Assembly: GCA_963662405.2 (NCBI GenBank)
Contig: CAXXKT010000001.1
Location: 2,560,001 to 2,624,000, forward strand
DNA: 64,000 bases
Reading direction: 5' to 3'
DNA from: Syntrophales bacterium
GTDB lineage: Bacteria; Desulfobacterota; Syntrophia; Syntrophales; UBA2210
The notes under the pieces are model-generated. The model saw nothing but the letters and a program-made list of their open reading frames with translations. It made no database searches and was not told where the DNA came from. A program made the position numbers and the translations under genes. This document shows, one piece after another, positions 50,534 through 62,032 of the stretch (its first letter is position 1; each line of letters starts with the position of its first letter).

Positions 50534-52345
50534 ATGGAGGGGAAGATCGTTGTCATGCCCGAGGAACTGTCCAACCGGATAGCTGCGGGAGAGGTGGTCG
50601 AAAGACCCGCTTCCATCGTCAAGGAGTTGATCGAAAACTCCCTTGATGCGGGGGCGACCGATATCCTGGTTGAGTTGGAAGGGGGGGGGAAAAGATCGAT
50701 CAAGATCGTTGACAACGGCGGGGGGATCGACCGGGCCGATGTGCTCCTTGCCTTTGAACGGCACGCCACGAGTAAAGTGTATACCTTTGACGATATCTCC
50801 CGGATCCTTTCTTTCGGGTTTCGTGGGGAGGCAATTGCGAGCATCGCATCCATAGCCCGAATCGAGATGCTGACGAGGCGTACCGGGGCGCCGTCGGGGA
50901 CACGGGCGATAGTCCGGGGAGGACGGATGGAAGAGGTTATCGATGCTGGTTGTCCGGTCGGGACGTCGGTCCTGGTCAGCGATATTTTCCACTCCACACC
51001 GGCCCGGAAAAAGTTCATGAAAGGAGATTCCACCGAGCAGGCTCATTGCATAGACACCGTCGTGCGATTTGCCCTCTCCAACCCGGGGGTTAAAATCCGA
51101 GTCGTCGCGAATGGAAGAAGTGTGCTCAATGTCCCGCGGACCAACAACCTGCCCGACCGGATCTCCCTTGTCTTCGGGGAGGATTATGGGAGACACACCC
51201 TCAAGGTGGACGGGCACCGGGACGGGATTACACTCAGCGGTGTCATTTCCATGCCTGATCATACGCGATCGAACACGAAAGGACAGTTCTATTTTGTCAA
51301 TGGCCGGTTCATCAGGGATAGACTCCTGAATCATTCCGTCCTTACCACGTACCGTCGTTTGATAGAACCCCGGAGGTTTCCGTACGTAGTCCTCTTTATA
51401 GAGATGCCGATGGAGGATGTCGATGTCAATGTTCACCCCGCCAAGATGGAGGTACGCTTCAAGAATCCTTCCGCAATATATAGCCTTATCAGGGAGACCC
51501 TGGAGAGGACTCTCTCCGGTACGCCGGTCGTCATCCCTGATACGGGGGGGCCGTATCAGGGTCGTGACGTCGGGGAATACCGCCAAAGGGTTGGAGAGAC
51601 TCTCAAACAATACACCCTCCAAAAGGGGGCCGAGAAGAGGTCTTTTGATATTGCGGTCCCGCGGAGACCTGACTCGAAAGAGACACCGAAGTGCTCTACC
51701 GGGAGGGAGGAAAGGACCGGGCAGGCACCTTTGTTTGCTGAGCGTATCGTCTCCGGAGAGACGGTATCCTTTTCCTCCCTGACTTACTTGGGTCAGATTG
51801 CCGGCACCTATCTTGTTTTTGCGTCGGAGAGCGCCCTTATCCTTATGGATCAACACGCCGCCCACGAGCGGGTTCTTTTCGAGAAATTGAAGAGCAACCG
51901 GGGGGGAGAGGTGGCGGCCCAGGGACTCCTGATCCCCGAAATCGTGACCCTGCGTCCCGGTCGCATCGAACTCCTGATGGGACTTGTCGACCTGCTGCAG
52001 GGGCTGGGACTCGGTGTGGAGACCTATGGGGAAAACACGATCATCGTGAAACAGGTCCCCGCTTTTTTGTCGGGGTGCAATCTCGAAGAGCTGGTTTCCG
52101 ATGTCATAGAAGAGATCGAAGATACGGGGAAAACCCACCACCTTGACGAGGTGCGTGACACAATCCTTACCCTTATGGCGTGTAAAGGTGCCGTGAAGGC
52201 CGGCAGCATTCTCACTGAACAGGAAGTCACGGCGTTGTGCCGGGACCTGGATGCGATCCCCTTTTCTGCAACCTGTCCCCATGGCAGGCCGCTCTATACC
52301 GTGACCGGCCTGCGAGACCTGGAGAGGATATTCAAACGAAGATGA
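50534..52345 (+). CDS. mutL: DNA mismatch repair protein MutL
   Basis: IAAGEVVERPASIVKELIENSLDAGA, GFRGEA, DQHAAHERVLFE, ACK, CPHGRP. Confidence 0.97.
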   Translation: MEGKIVVMPEELSNRIAAGEVVERPASIVKELIENSLDAGATDILVELEGGGKRSIKIVDNGGGIDRADVLLAFERHATSKVYTFDDISRILSFGFRGEAIASIASIARIEMLTRRTGAPSGTRAIVRGGRMEEVIDAGCPVGTSVLVSDIFHSTPARKKFMKGDSTEQAHCIDTVVRFALSNPGVKIRVVANGRSVLNVPRTNNLPDRISLVFGEDYGRHTLKVDGHRDGITLSGVISMPDHTRSNTKGQFYFVNGRFIRDRLLNHSVLTTYRRLIEPRRFPYVVLFIEMPMEDVDVNVHPAKMEVRFKNPSAIYSLIRETLERTLSGTPVVIPDTGGPYQGRDVGEYRQRVGETLKQYTLQKGAEKRSFDIAVPRRPDSKETPKCSTGREERTGQAPLFAERIVSGETVSFSSLTYLGQIAGTYLVFASESALILMDQHAAHERVLFEKLKSNRGGEVAAQGLLIPEIVTLRPGRIELLMGLVDLLQGLGLGVETYGENTIIVKQVPAFLSGCNLEELVSDVIEEIEDTGKTHHLDEVRDTILTLMACKGAVKAGSILTEQEVTALCRDLDAIPFSATCPHGRPLYTVTGLRDLERIFKRR

Positions 52346-53304
52346 CCGCGCATATCACGCTTTCTCCGAGGGGAGATCCTCTCCGGCGACCGTTCCTTAC
52401 CATCATTGCCGGCCCCACCGCGGTGGGGAAAACCGGGCTGGCGATCAGTCTGGCCGAGCGCTGTGGCGGAGAGATCATCAGTGCCGATTCGATGCAGGTC
52501 TATCGATACCTGGATATCGGTACCGCCAAACCGACCCCGGAAGAACAGAGGCGGGTGCCCCATCACCTGATCGATGTCGTCGATCCTGACGGGGAATTCA
52601 ATGCGGCGATGTTTGTCAACCGGGTTGACACGATAATACAGGCCCTTTACCAGGAAAGGAAGAGAATTTTTGTAGTAGGGGGGACGGGGCTGTATCTGGA
52701 TGCCCTGACGGGAGGTCTCCTCAGGGCCCCCGGCGCCGACGGAGAGCTTCGGGACCGTTACCGGGAAGAAACAACTCGATACGGGAAGGGGTATCTGTAT
52801 GAACGCCTGAAGCGAGTCGACCCGGCCGCGGCACGGGTGATACATCCGAATGACCGGATCAGGACGATCCGGGCCCTTGAGGTGATGGAGCAAACCGGGC
52901 AATCCATCATCGAGATCCGGGAGGCTCACCGGTTTGAAGACCACGCGTATGACTATATAAAGATAGGACTCACCGTCGACCGTGATGCCCTGTATGAACG
53001 AATCAACACGCGGGTGGACCGCATGGTCGCGGATGGGCTGGTTGCCGAAGGAAGACGTGTCCTGGAGAGGGGATATGACGAGGAAAATCTCCCCCTCCGG
53101 GCGATGACCTACCGCCACCTCGTCTCCCATATCCGGGGGAATTTGACTCATGATGATATGGTAAGATTGATTAAACGCGACACGAGACACTATGCGAGGC
53201 GTCAATTGACGTGGTTTCGGCGCGACGGGGATATCAAATGGTTTGCCCCCGGGGACGAAAATATGATAAGCAGATCAGTCGAATCACGGGTGCCGGAGCG
53301 GTGA
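52342..53304 (+). CDS. miaA: tRNA dimethylallyltransferase
   Basis: GPTAVGKT, DSMQVY, IGTAKP, GGTGLY, YARRQLTWF; ATGA overlap with mutL. Confidence 0.96.
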   Translation: MTAHITLSPRGDPLRRPFLTIIAGPTAVGKTGLAISLAERCGGEIISADSMQVYRYLDIGTAKPTPEEQRRVPHHLIDVVDPDGEFNAAMFVNRVDTIIQALYQERKRIFVVGGTGLYLDALTGGLLRAPGADGELRDRYREETTRYGKGYLYERLKRVDPAAARVIHPNDRIRTIRALEVMEQTGQSIIEIREAHRFEDHAYDYIKIGLTVDRDALYERINTRVDRMVADGLVAEGRRVLERGYDEENLPLRAMTYRHLVSHIRGNLTHDDMVRLIKRDTRHYARRQLTWFRRDGDIKWFAPGDENMISRSVESRVPER

Positions 53305-53346
53305 GTTGCCTCGGTTCCCAACTCAAAACGGAGATAAGGACGTATT

Positions 53347-55998
53347 ATGGGCAGAGAAGAATTGAGCAAGGCATATGATGCTCGAGATGTCGAAGATAAG
53401 TGGTACCAACGCTGGCTCGAAGCGGATCTCTTTCATGCTGAGGATACAAGTGACAAGAAGCCTTTTTCCATCGTTATTCCCCCACCGAACGTCACCGGGA
53501 TTCTCCATATCGGTCATGCGCTGAACAATACCCTCCAGGACATAATCGTCCGGTACAAGAGGATGCAGGGATACAATACCCTCTGGATGCCCGGGACCGA
53601 TCATGCGGGGATCGCCACCCAGAATGTGGTGGAGCAGGGCCTGACCCGTGAGGGGAAATCACGGCACGATATCGGGAGAGAAGAATTTATTGAGCGGGTT
53701 TGGGAATGGCGGAAAAAGTACGGTGGCGTCATCATCAATCAGCTTCACAAATTGGGATGTTCCTGTGACTGGTCACGGGAACGCTTTACCATGGACGAGG
53801 GACTGTCACGGGCGGTGCGCGAGGTCTTTGTCCGGCTTTACGATGACGGGCTCATCTATCAGGATGATTATATCGTGAACTGGTGCCCGCGCTGCCATAC
53901 GGCCATATCCGATCTCGAGGTCGAATACGAAGAGCAAGGGACCAGCCTCTGGCATATCCGATACCCCTATGCCGACGGGGAGGGAGAGATCATCGTGGCC
54001 ACCACCCGTCCGGAGACGATGCTGGGAGATACCGCCGTTGCCGTCAATCCCGACGATGAGCGGTATGCGGACGTTATCGGGAAAGAGGTGATTCTCCCCG
54101 TTGTGAACAAACGGATACCGATCATAGCGGATGACTACGTCTCCAGGGAATTCGGGACCGGTGCGGTGAAGATTACCCCCTCGGCCGACCCCAATGACTT
54201 TGCCATGGCCCAACGCCACAACTTGGAAATAATCACCATCATAGATGGTGACGCCATTATTAATGAAAACGGCGGGGCCTATCAGGGCCAGGACTGTTAC
54301 ACCTGTCGGGAAAATATCGTAGAGGACCTCAAGGCCGGCGGGTATCTGATCAAGACAGAGCCCTATGCGCACAATGTAGGCCGCTGTTATCGGTGCAAGA
54401 CTACCGTAGAGCCGATGGTCTCAAAACAGTGGTTCGTCAAGGTCAAACCGTTGGCCCGGAACGCAATCGCCGCCGTGGTGAAGGGAAAGACCAAGATTGT
54501 TCCCGCCATGTGGGAGGCAACCTATTTCGACTGGATGGACAACATCCGTGACTGGTGTATCTCCCGTCAGATCTGGTGGGGGCACCGGATACCGGTGTGG
54601 TATTGCGATGGGTGCGGCAAGACGATTGTCGCCACCCAAGATCCCGATGTGTGTCCGGACTGCGGAGGAACTTCTCTGAGGCAGGATGAAGATGTCCTGG
54701 ATACCTGGTTCAGCTCTTCCCTTTGGCCCTTCTCCACCATGGGGTGGCCCGACAAGACACCGGCCCTGGAAACCTTCTATCCCACCTCGCTCCTTATTAC
54801 CGGTTTCGATATTATCTTCTTCTGGGTGGCCCGCATGATGATGATGGGACTCTATGTCATGGGGGATGTCCCCTTTGCGGATGTTTACTTGCATGCCCTG
54901 GTACGCGATGAGAAGGGCGAGAAGATGAGCAAGTCGAAGGGGAACAGCGTAGATCCGCTTGAAATGATAGATAAATATGGGGCCGACGCGGTACGATTCA
55001 CCCTCGCCGCCTTTACCGCGCAGGGGCGGGACGTCAAGATGTCCGAGGAGCGGATCCAGGGATATGGACACTTTATCAACAAGATATGGAACACGGCCCG
55101 CTTTTCTCTCATGAACCTTGAGGGATATGTCGCAGAGGTCCCGGAACGGGAAGCCCTTTCCCTCTGTGACCGGTGGATCAGGGACAGCCTGAATCGTACG
55201 GTGACGGATGTCAGACGATACCTTGACGAATACCGTTTCAATGACGCCGCGGGGAGGATCTATCAGTTCTTCTGGCATGAATTTTGTGACTGGTACCTCG
55301 AGTTGATCAAACCGGCCCTGTATGACAAACAGTCGGAGAAAGAGAAACGGGCTGCGCAGCATACACTCCTGACCGTTTTGAAGACGGCCCTCCAGCTCCT
55401 TCATCCCATCATGCCCTTTGTGACGGAGGAGATATGGCAGCGGTTGACGGAGGATGAAGGGTACATCATGGTAAGCCGGTTCCCCGAACCGGATGGTTCT
55501 TTTGCGGATGGGGCGGCGCGGGAACAGATGGAGCTGATCATGAACACCATCAACACCGTCCGGAATATACGGGGTGTCATGAATATCGGCCCCTCGAAAA
55601 AACTACGTGTCCTCATATCCGTTCCGGATGCCGATCTGTTATCCCTTATGGAAGCGGGGAAGGGGTATATTCAGGATATCGCGAATCTGGATGAACTGGC
55701 GGTGGCGGTCAATGCCCCGGAACCGAAGGGAACAGCGACAGGGGTGATTGGTTCCGTCAGGGTATATGTCTTTCTTGAGGGTGTCGTCGACGTTGCGGCC
55801 GAGAAAAAGCGGCTCGAAAAAGAGATCAAAAAGATCGAGAAAACCCTCTCCTTCGTCTCCAAAAAACTGGGAAACAGGGATTTTGTGGAAAAAGCCTCCC
55901 CGGAGATCGTCGAAAAAGAAGAGACCAAGTTCAGCACCCTGCGGGAGAAGAGCCAGGTGCTCGAAGATGCCCTGGGGCGGCTTCGTGATATGGATTGA
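53347..55998 (+). CDS. valS: Valine--tRNA ligase
   Basis: PPPNVTG.LHIGH, DWCISRQIWWGH, KMSKS, C-terminal coiled coil. Confidence 0.98.
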   Translation: MGREELSKAYDARDVEDKWYQRWLEADLFHAEDTSDKKPFSIVIPPPNVTGILHIGHALNNTLQDIIVRYKRMQGYNTLWMPGTDHAGIATQNVVEQGLTREGKSRHDIGREEFIERVWEWRKKYGGVIINQLHKLGCSCDWSRERFTMDEGLSRAVREVFVRLYDDGLIYQDDYIVNWCPRCHTAISDLEVEYEEQGTSLWHIRYPYADGEGEIIVATTRPETMLGDTAVAVNPDDERYADVIGKEVILPVVNKRIPIIADDYVSREFGTGAVKITPSADPNDFAMAQRHNLEIITIIDGDAIINENGGAYQGQDCYTCRENIVEDLKAGGYLIKTEPYAHNVGRCYRCKTTVEPMVSKQWFVKVKPLARNAIAAVVKGKTKIVPAMWEATYFDWMDNIRDWCISRQIWWGHRIPVWYCDGCGKTIVATQDPDVCPDCGGTSLRQDEDVLDTWFSSSLWPFSTMGWPDKTPALETFYPTSLLITGFDIIFFWVARMMMMGLYVMGDVPFADVYLHALVRDEKGEKMSKSKGNSVDPLEMIDKYGADAVRFTLAAFTAQGRDVKMSEERIQGYGHFINKIWNTARFSLMNLEGYVAEVPEREALSLCDRWIRDSLNRTVTDVRRYLDEYRFNDAAGRIYQFFWHEFCDWYLELIKPALYDKQSEKEKRAAQHTLLTVLKTALQLLHPIMPFVTEEIWQRLTEDEGYIMVSRFPEPDGSFADGAAREQMELIMNTINTVRNIRGVMNIGPSKKLRVLISVPDADLLSLMEAGKGYIQDIANLDELAVAVNAPEPKGTATGVIGSVRVYVFLEGVVDVAAEKKRLEKEIKKIEKTLSFVSKKLGNRDFVEKASPEIVEKEETKFSTLREKSQVLEDALGRLRDMD

Positions 55999-56009
55999 GG
56001 GCAGTTGGC

Positions 56010-56855
56010 ATGATCATAGATGAAGAGATGCGAGCGTTGATCCGCAAGGCGCTTGAGGAAGATGTCGGATCCGGCGACCTGACGACGGAGGGGGCCCTGA
56101 CCGGAGAAGAGGCCGGTGGGGCGCAGGCGATCTCAAAGGGAGATATCGTCATTGCGGGGATCGATCTCTTTCGGGAAGTCTTCACCATTGTGGACCCGTC
56201 TCTGTCCTTTGAGTCTCATCTGAACGACGGCCAGGTTGCGGGAAACGGAGTCCCTATCGCCTCTGTCGCGGGGAAACTGAGGTCTATCCTGATGGCGGAG
56301 CGCGTTGCGCTGAACTTCTTCCAGCGGATGTGTGGTATCGCCACGTTAACCCGCCGATATGTCGAAGCGGTACAGGGGACCGATGCCCGGATACTGGATA
56401 CGCGAAAGACCACGCCCACCCTCAGGAGTCTTGAAAAATACGCCGTCACGACGGGCGGAGGGATGAACCACCGTATCGGTCTGTATGACGGCGTCCTGAT
56501 CAAGGACAATCATATAACCGCCGCGGGGGGGATCGCGCATGCGGTGCGGAACGTCAGGGAGACCGTTCCTCCGGGGATGCGGATCGAAGTAGAGACAAAG
56601 AATCCGGAAGAGGTTGCTCAGGCCCTTGCCGCAGGGGTTGATATCATCATGCTTGACAACATGGGGATCGGCGAGATGGAGGAGGCGGTTTCCCGTATCG
56701 CCGGGCGGACGCTGGTCGAGGCATCGGGGAATGTCACGCTCGCGAACGTGTACGAGATCGCCCGAACGGGGGTGGACTATATCTCCGTCGGGGCGCTGAC
56801 CCACTCCGCGCCCGCCGCCGATATATCTCTGCTCTTTAAGAATCCAAGTGAGTAA
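56010..56855 (+). CDS. nadC: Quinolinate phosphoribosyltransferase
   Basis: DTRKTTP, NHRIGLYD.VLIKDNH, IMLDN, EASG, SVGALTHS. Confidence 0.96.
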   Translation: MIIDEEMRALIRKALEEDVGSGDLTTEGALTGEEAGGAQAISKGDIVIAGIDLFREVFTIVDPSLSFESHLNDGQVAGNGVPIASVAGKLRSILMAERVALNFFQRMCGIATLTRRYVEAVQGTDARILDTRKTTPTLRSLEKYAVTTGGGMNHRIGLYDGVLIKDNHITAAGGIAHAVRNVRETVPPGMRIEVETKNPEEVAQALAAGVDIIMLDNMGIGEMEEAVSRIAGRTLVEASGNVTLANVYEIARTGVDYISVGALTHSAPAADISLLFKNPSE

Positions 56856-56879
56856 GGTAAAAGGCGTTATCCCGGAGGC

Positions 56880-57695
56880 ATGCACGCATACACGATGAAC
56901 AATGATTTTACGAGAGAATCCGTCGAGAACCTCACCATCGATGGTATTGTCGGGCGCACGGTCCATTTTTTTGACGTCCTCGATTCGACAAATACCCACG
57001 CAACTGCCCTTGCCGCCGCCGGCGCCCGCGAAGGCGAAGTGGTGATAGCGGATTGTCAGACAGCGGGGCGGGGGCGCCTGCGGGGAAGGGTGTGGCATTC
57101 ACCGCCCGGGCGAAACCTGTATACCTCGTTTATATTGCGTCCCTCTATCCCGCCGGTCACCGCCCCGGGGCTCACCCTTGTCACCGGGGTGGCGGTTGCC
57201 GAACTCCTGGGTGGCTACTGTCCCGTTTCCCTCAAATGGCCCAATGACGTCCTGGCAGAGGGGAAAAAGATATGCGGTATTCTCACCGAGATGAGGATCA
57301 GGGATCGGCAAGTCGATTTTGTCGTGGTGGGGATCGGGATTAATGTCAATATGAAACCGTTTGATTTTCAGGAGGAACTGCGTCCTCTCTCTACGTCACT
57401 GAGGGAACAGACCTCTCAAGAGATATCACGTCTCGATCTGGTTGCCGGGCTGTGCCGAGTTCTGGAAAAGTGGTACCGGATCTTTATCGAGAGCGGTCTT
57501 TCCCCCGTGAGAGAACGGTGGCTCGAATATTCGGGGATTGTCGGAAAAATGGTCGAGGTGAAGAACGGGGATGCCCTGCAGCGAGGATGGTGTCAGGGAA
57601 TAAACGACGAGGGGAGACTTCTGCTCGTTGACAACAATACAAACAAGACGGTTCCCGTTCTATCCGGGGACGTCATTGTAGTAAGCGGGAGGTGA
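56880..57695 (+). CDS. birA: Biotin--protein ligase lacking the N-terminal HTH
   Basis: DSTN, QTAGRGR, KWPND, KICGIL, GIGIN. Confidence 0.93.
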   Translation: MHAYTMNNDFTRESVENLTIDGIVGRTVHFFDVLDSTNTHATALAAAGAREGEVVIADCQTAGRGRLRGRVWHSPPGRNLYTSFILRPSIPPVTAPGLTLVTGVAVAELLGGYCPVSLKWPNDVLAEGKKICGILTEMRIRDRQVDFVVVGIGINVNMKPFDFQEELRPLSTSLREQTSQEISRLDLVAGLCRVLEKWYRIFIESGLSPVRERWLEYSGIVGKMVEVKNGDALQRGWCQGINDEGRLLLVDNNTNKTVPVLSGDVIVVSGR

Positions 57696-57701
57696 TCCGT
57701 T

Positions 57702-58466
57702 ATGCTCCTGGTGATCGATGTTGGGAATACCAATACGGTTGTCGGTATTTATGAAGGGAACAAGCTCCTGAACCATTGGCGGGTTCGCACGGTGGTCGAT
57801 CACACGATTGATGAATACGGGATGCTGATACTGAATCTCTACCGAACCAGCAAGGTCGGTTCGAAATCGATCGACAGTATCATCATATCGTGTGTGGTTC
57901 CCTCTATGCTGAACATAATGGAGCCGCTGTGCAAAAAGTATTTTCACATGACTCCCCTTATCGTAGGGCCGGGTATCAAGACCGGTATGCCCATATACTA
58001 CGATAACCCGCGAGAGGTCGGGGCCGACCGGGTCGTCAACGCCGTTGCGGCCCATGAGAAGTATGACGGGGATATCGTTATTGTCGATTTCGGGACGGCA
58101 ACGACCTTCGATTATGTTACCCGAAAGGGGGAGTACATGGGGGGGTGCATCGCACCGGGGGTTGTGATATCGAGCGAGGCCCTCTTTAAACGTGCCTCCA
58201 AGCTGCCGCCGGTTGAGTTGTGCAGGCCCCGGCATGTGATCGCCAAGGACACGGTCAGCAGCATGCAAGCGGGGATTGTCTTCGGGTATGCCGGTCTGGT
58301 GGATGGGCTCGTCAATTTGATCAAAAAGGAGGCGCGGACCGAACCCACCGTTATCGCGACCGGTGGATTGGCAAGTGTCATAGCAGCGGAAACGAGCACC
58401 ATTGATCATGTCGATGAGATGCTGACCTTGGAGGGGCTCCGGATAATTCATTCACGAAACGTGTAA
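57702..58466 (+). CDS. coaX: Type III pantothenate kinase
   Basis: [25 protein letters not shown]. Confidence 0.96.
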   Translation: MLLVIDVGNTNTVVGIYEGNKLLNHWRVRTVVDHTIDEYGMLILNLYRTSKVGSKSIDSIIISCVVPSMLNIMEPLCKKYFHMTPLIVGPGIKTGMPIYYDNPREVGADRVVNAVAAHEKYDGDIVIVDFGTATTFDYVTRKGEYMGGCIAPGVVISSEALFKRASKLPPVELCRPRHVIAKDTVSSMQAGIVFGYAGLVDGLVNLIKKEARTEPTVIATGGLASVIAAETSTIDHVDEMLTLEGLRIIHSRNV

Positions 58467-59762
58467 TGTCATCCATTTCTTGAAGGCATCGAGGGATCGC
58501 TCGGCGTATCGCCTGCCACGCTCTTTCTTCGGGACCCGTCCCTCAAGGGGCTCAAAGAGACCGAAGTTCACGTTCATCGGCTGGAAGGTCTTGTAATCGG
58601 CATTGGTGATATGGTGGAGAAGGGCCCCCAAAGCGGTTGTCCCGGGAGGGGGAGCCAGGTCGTCTCCGGTCATCAGCCGCCGGACGTTGATTCCTGCCAT
58701 GAGACCCATCGCCGCCGATTCCATATACCCCTCGACCCCCGTGATCTGTCCCGCAAAAAATATGTTTGCGTTGGAACGCAGTTGCAGCGTCTTGCTGAGG
58801 AGGGCGGGGGAGTTGATGAAGGTGTTGCGGTGTATGCTGCCGTAGCGAGCGAACACGGCACTCTCCAGTCCCGGGATCATCCTGAGGATTCGCCTCTGCT
58901 CGGGCCATGTCAGCTTCGTCTGGAATCCAACGATGTTGTAGAGTGATCCCGCGCTGTTTTCCTGCCGGAGCTGAACGACGGCGTGCGGTCGTCTTTCCGT
59001 TTTCGGGTCGGTGAGGCCGACCGGTTTCATTGGCCCGAACAGGAGCGTCTGTGGTCCTCTTCGGGCCAGGACTTCGATGGGGAGACATCCCTCGAAACAG
59101 CGTTTGTCCTCGAAATCCCTGAGGGGGACCTCGTCTCCCCGCATCAGTTCCATCCAGAAGCGTTCATACTCCTCTCGTGTCAAGGGACAATTCAGGTAAT
59201 CCCCCTCGCTTTCTTTCTCCCACCGTGATGCCCGGAAGACCCGTGTATAATCGATTGAATCAGCCTCCACGATGGGTGAGATAGCATCATAGAAGTGGAG
59301 GTGTTCCTCTCCGGTGAGGGCGACTATCTCCCGTACCAGGGAGTCAGATGTCAGGGGCCCGGTAGCGACGATAACGGTCGAATCTTCGGGGATCCGCGTC
59401 ATCTCGCCTTCCCGCGATATGGTGATCCCGGCGGAGAGGAGTCGTCTCTCAATATGTCGTGAAAAGAGGAGTCGGTCGACGGCGAGGGCCTTTCCCGCCG
59501 GGACTGCCGTGGCATCGGCCGCCTCCATTATCAGGGAACCCATGAGCCGCATCTCCTCCTTAAGAAGACCGACGGCATTCTCCAAGGCGTTGGAACGCAG
59601 GGAGTTACTGCACACCAACTCAGCAAGGAGGGGAGAGGTGTGAGCGGGGGAAAAACGGGAGGGCTTCATCTCATAGAGGGTGATGTCGATTCCCCGTTTC
59701 GCTATCTGCCAGGCAGCCTCGCACCCGGCGAGGCCACCCCCGATGATAACGACCGGTTTCAT
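58452..59762 (-). CDS. trmFO: Folate/FAD-dependent tRNA (uracil-54) methyltransferase
   Basis: [39 protein letters not shown]. Confidence 0.96.
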   Translation of the reverse strand: MKPVVIIGGGLAGCEAAWQIAKRGIDITLYEMKPSRFSPAHTSPLLAELVCSNSLRSNALENAVGLLKEEMRLMGSLIMEAADATAVPAGKALAVDRLLFSRHIERRLLSAGITISREGEMTRIPEDSTVIVATGPLTSDSLVREIVALTGEEHLHFYDAISPIVEADSIDYTRVFRASRWEKESEGDYLNCPLTREEYERFWMELMRGDEVPLRDFEDKRCFEGCLPIEVLARRGPQTLLFGPMKPVGLTDPKTERRPHAVVQLRQENSAGSLYNIVGFQTKLTWPEQRRILRMIPGLESAVFARYGSIHRNTFINSPALLSKTLQLRSNANIFFAGQITGVEGYMESAAMGLMAGINVRRLMTGDDLAPPPGTTALGALLHHITNADYKTFQPMNVNFGLFEPLEGRVPKKERGRRYAERSLDAFKKWMTLHVS

Positions 59763-59779
59763 ATGGGCATCTCCTCCTC

Positions 59780-62032
59780 TTACTCGTTCCCCTGGTCCCT
59801 ATAACCGCATTCCTTGTTGGGGCATTGCTTTACCGGACCCTTTCCCCGTGTCTGTTTTTCAACCAGGAAGGGATGGCCGCAGAGAGGGCAACTTTCCGGT
59901 ATGGGCCGGTCCCACAGGGCGTAGGTGCACTCCGGATATGACGAGCAACCGAAGAAGGTTTTCCCCCGCTTCGATCGCCGCTCGCAGAGGGTCCCGTCGC
60001 ACCCCTCACGGGGGCATTTAACCCCCGTATCGATCGGTTTTGTGTGTTTACATTCCGGATAACCCGAGCATCCCAGAAAGCGACCGAAACGACCCTCCTT
60101 TATCACCATCTGTTTCCCGCACATATCGCAGGTAATGTCGGTCAACGGGGTCTGTGCCTTCGTAATCGCACCATTTTCATCCTGTGCGATGTTCCCGGTG
60201 TTTTTACAGGCGGGGTAATTTGAACAGGCGATGAAACGCCCGTTTCTCCCCCATTTGATCACCATGGGGCTCCCGCATTTATCGCAGGTAAGGTCCGTCG
60301 GGATCTCCTCGCGCTTGATGTCGCGCATTTCCGCTCCCGCCTTTTCCAGCTCCGACCGGAAAGGAGTGTAGAAATTCTCCAGGGTCTCGTGCCGTGTGAG
60401 CTTTCCCTCTTCGATCATGTCCAGACGGTCTTCCATGGAGGCGGTAAATTGGACATCCATGATGTTGGGGAAATTTTCGACGAGGAGATCGTTGACTACA
60501 GCCCCCAGTTCCGTCGGGTGAAATCGTCCGCTCTCGATCGTGACATATTTCCGGTTCTGTATCGTGCTGATGATAGCGGCATACGTGCTGGGTCTGCCGA
60601 TCCCCTTTTCTTCCAGTTCCTTGACGAGGGTTGCCTCGGAGAAGCGCGGCGGGGGCTGCGTAAAGCTCTGTTGCGGCTCCAGGGAAAGAAGCCGCACCTC
60701 TTCGCCTTCAGCGATTGCCGGGAGGATCTTGTCTGTCGGATCGTTCACCGTGTTGCTCTCGCTCTCGCTGGTTTCCGTATAGACGGCGGTAAATCCGGGG
60801 AACTTCAAGATGGACCCCCGGGCATGGAAGAGATAGCGACCCGCCTGTATATCGACGCTGGTCTGATCAAAGACGGCGGGGTTCATCTGGCTGGCGATAA
60901 ACCGGTTCCATATCAGTTGATACAGGCGAAATTCGTCGCCTTTCAAATACGATTTAATCCGTTCCGGTGGATATCCCGTTCCGGTCGGCCGGATCGCTTC
61001 ATGGGCGTCTTGCGAAGATTTTGAGGATTTGAAGACCCGCGCTTTCGAGGGGAGAAAGTCCTTTCCGTACACCTCTTCTATGTGAACTCTCGCCTCGTCG
61101 AGGGCCTCTGCGGCGATCCGGACGGAATCGGTTCGCATATAGGTAATGAGACCAACGGGCCCCTCCTCGCCCAACGATATCCCCTCGTAGAGCCTCTGTG
61201 CCACGCTCATCGTCTTCTTAGCCGTAAAGCGGAGTTTCCGCGAGGCCTCCTGCTGGAGTTTACTGGTGGTGAAGGGCGGCGCCGGGGAGCGATTCATCTG
61301 CTTCTTCTCCACCTTCTGGACGAGGAACGGTACACCCTTGAGCTCTTCGAGGATCTCCTGGGTCTGTGCCTCACAGGTCAGTTTCGCCTTTTTGGTCCCT
61401 ATCCTGGTCAGCCGGGCCTCGAAGGGGGGAGGGGTTTTCCCTTCCAGATGGGCGGTGATGTTCCAGTATTCTTCCGATACGAACGCCTTGATTTCTGCTT
61501 CCCTGTCGCAGATGATCCGGACGGCGACCGATTGGACCCGCCCCGCACTGAGTCCCCGCTGTACCTTCTTCCACAGTATCGGGCTGATCTGGTATCCCAC
61601 CAGTCGATCGAGGATCCGCCGGGATTGCTGAGCTTCGTATTTATTACTGTTCAGCTCAAGAGGATTGTTGATGGCCGCAAGAACGGTCTTTTTGGTCAGA
61701 TCGTTAAAGAGCACTCGGTAGATTCTTTTGTCTCCGTCTATCTCGCTCGCCACATGCCAGGCGATAGCCTCACCCTCACGATCGGGGTCGGGTGCCAGAA
61801 AGATGGTGTCGGCTCTCTTCGCCGCCTTTTTCAGCTCGGAGATGACCTTCTTTTTCTCATTGATAACCTCGTAGATCGGTTCGAAGTTCTTTTCGAGATC
61901 GATTCCCAGTTTGCTTTTGGGGAGGTCTTTGATGTGTCCGACGGAGGCCTTCACCTCGAATTCAGGGCCCAGGTATTTCTGTATGGTCTTGACCTTGGTG
62001 GGAGATTCAACGATGATAAGCGCGTGGGGCAT
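59780..62032 (-). CDS. topA: DNA topoisomerase I
   Basis: [38 protein letters not shown]-terminal Zn ribbons. Confidence 0.98.
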   Translation of the reverse strand: MPHALIIVESPTKVKTIQKYLGPEFEVKASVGHIKDLPKSKLGIDLEKNFEPIYEVINEKKKVISELKKAAKRADTIFLAPDPDREGEAIAWHVASEIDGDKRIYRVLFNDLTKKTVLAAINNPLELNSNKYEAQQSRRILDRLVGYQISPILWKKVQRGLSAGRVQSVAVRIICDREAEIKAFVSEEYWNITAHLEGKTPPPFEARLTRIGTKKAKLTCEAQTQEILEELKGVPFLVQKVEKKQMNRSPAPPFTTSKLQQEASRKLRFTAKKTMSVAQRLYEGISLGEEGPVGLITYMRTDSVRIAAEALDEARVHIEEVYGKDFLPSKARVFKSSKSSQDAHEAIRPTGTGYPPERIKSYLKGDEFRLYQLIWNRFIASQMNPAVFDQTSVDIQAGRYLFHARGSILKFPGFTAVYTETSESESNTVNDPTDKILPAIAEGEEVRLLSLEPQQSFTQPPPRFSEATLVKELEEKGIGRPSTYAAIISTIQNRKYVTIESGRFHPTELGAVVNDLLVENFPNIMDVQFTASMEDRLDMIEEGKLTRHETLENFYTPFRSELEKAGAEMRDIKREEIPTDLTCDKCGSPMVIKWGRNGRFIACSNYPACKNTGNIAQDENGAITKAQTPLTDITCDMCGKQMVIKEGRFGRFLGCSGYPECKHTKPIDTGVKCPREGCDGTLCERRSKRGKTFFGCSSYPECTYALWDRPIPESCPLCGHPFLVEKQTRGKGPVKQCPNKECGYRDQGNE

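Noticed and set aside
50468..52282. 604-aa antisense ORF opposite mutL, and similar long shadows (46673-48016, 5438-6556, 54421-55404, 37477-38502, 61082-62122)
   Set aside because: They fully overlap well-supported genes on the other strand and show no motifs; such shadow ORFs are expected in GC-rich coding DNA
56880..57695. birA without an HTH as a truncation or pseudogene
   Set aside because: Catalytic motifs are intact and monofunctional group I biotin ligases are common
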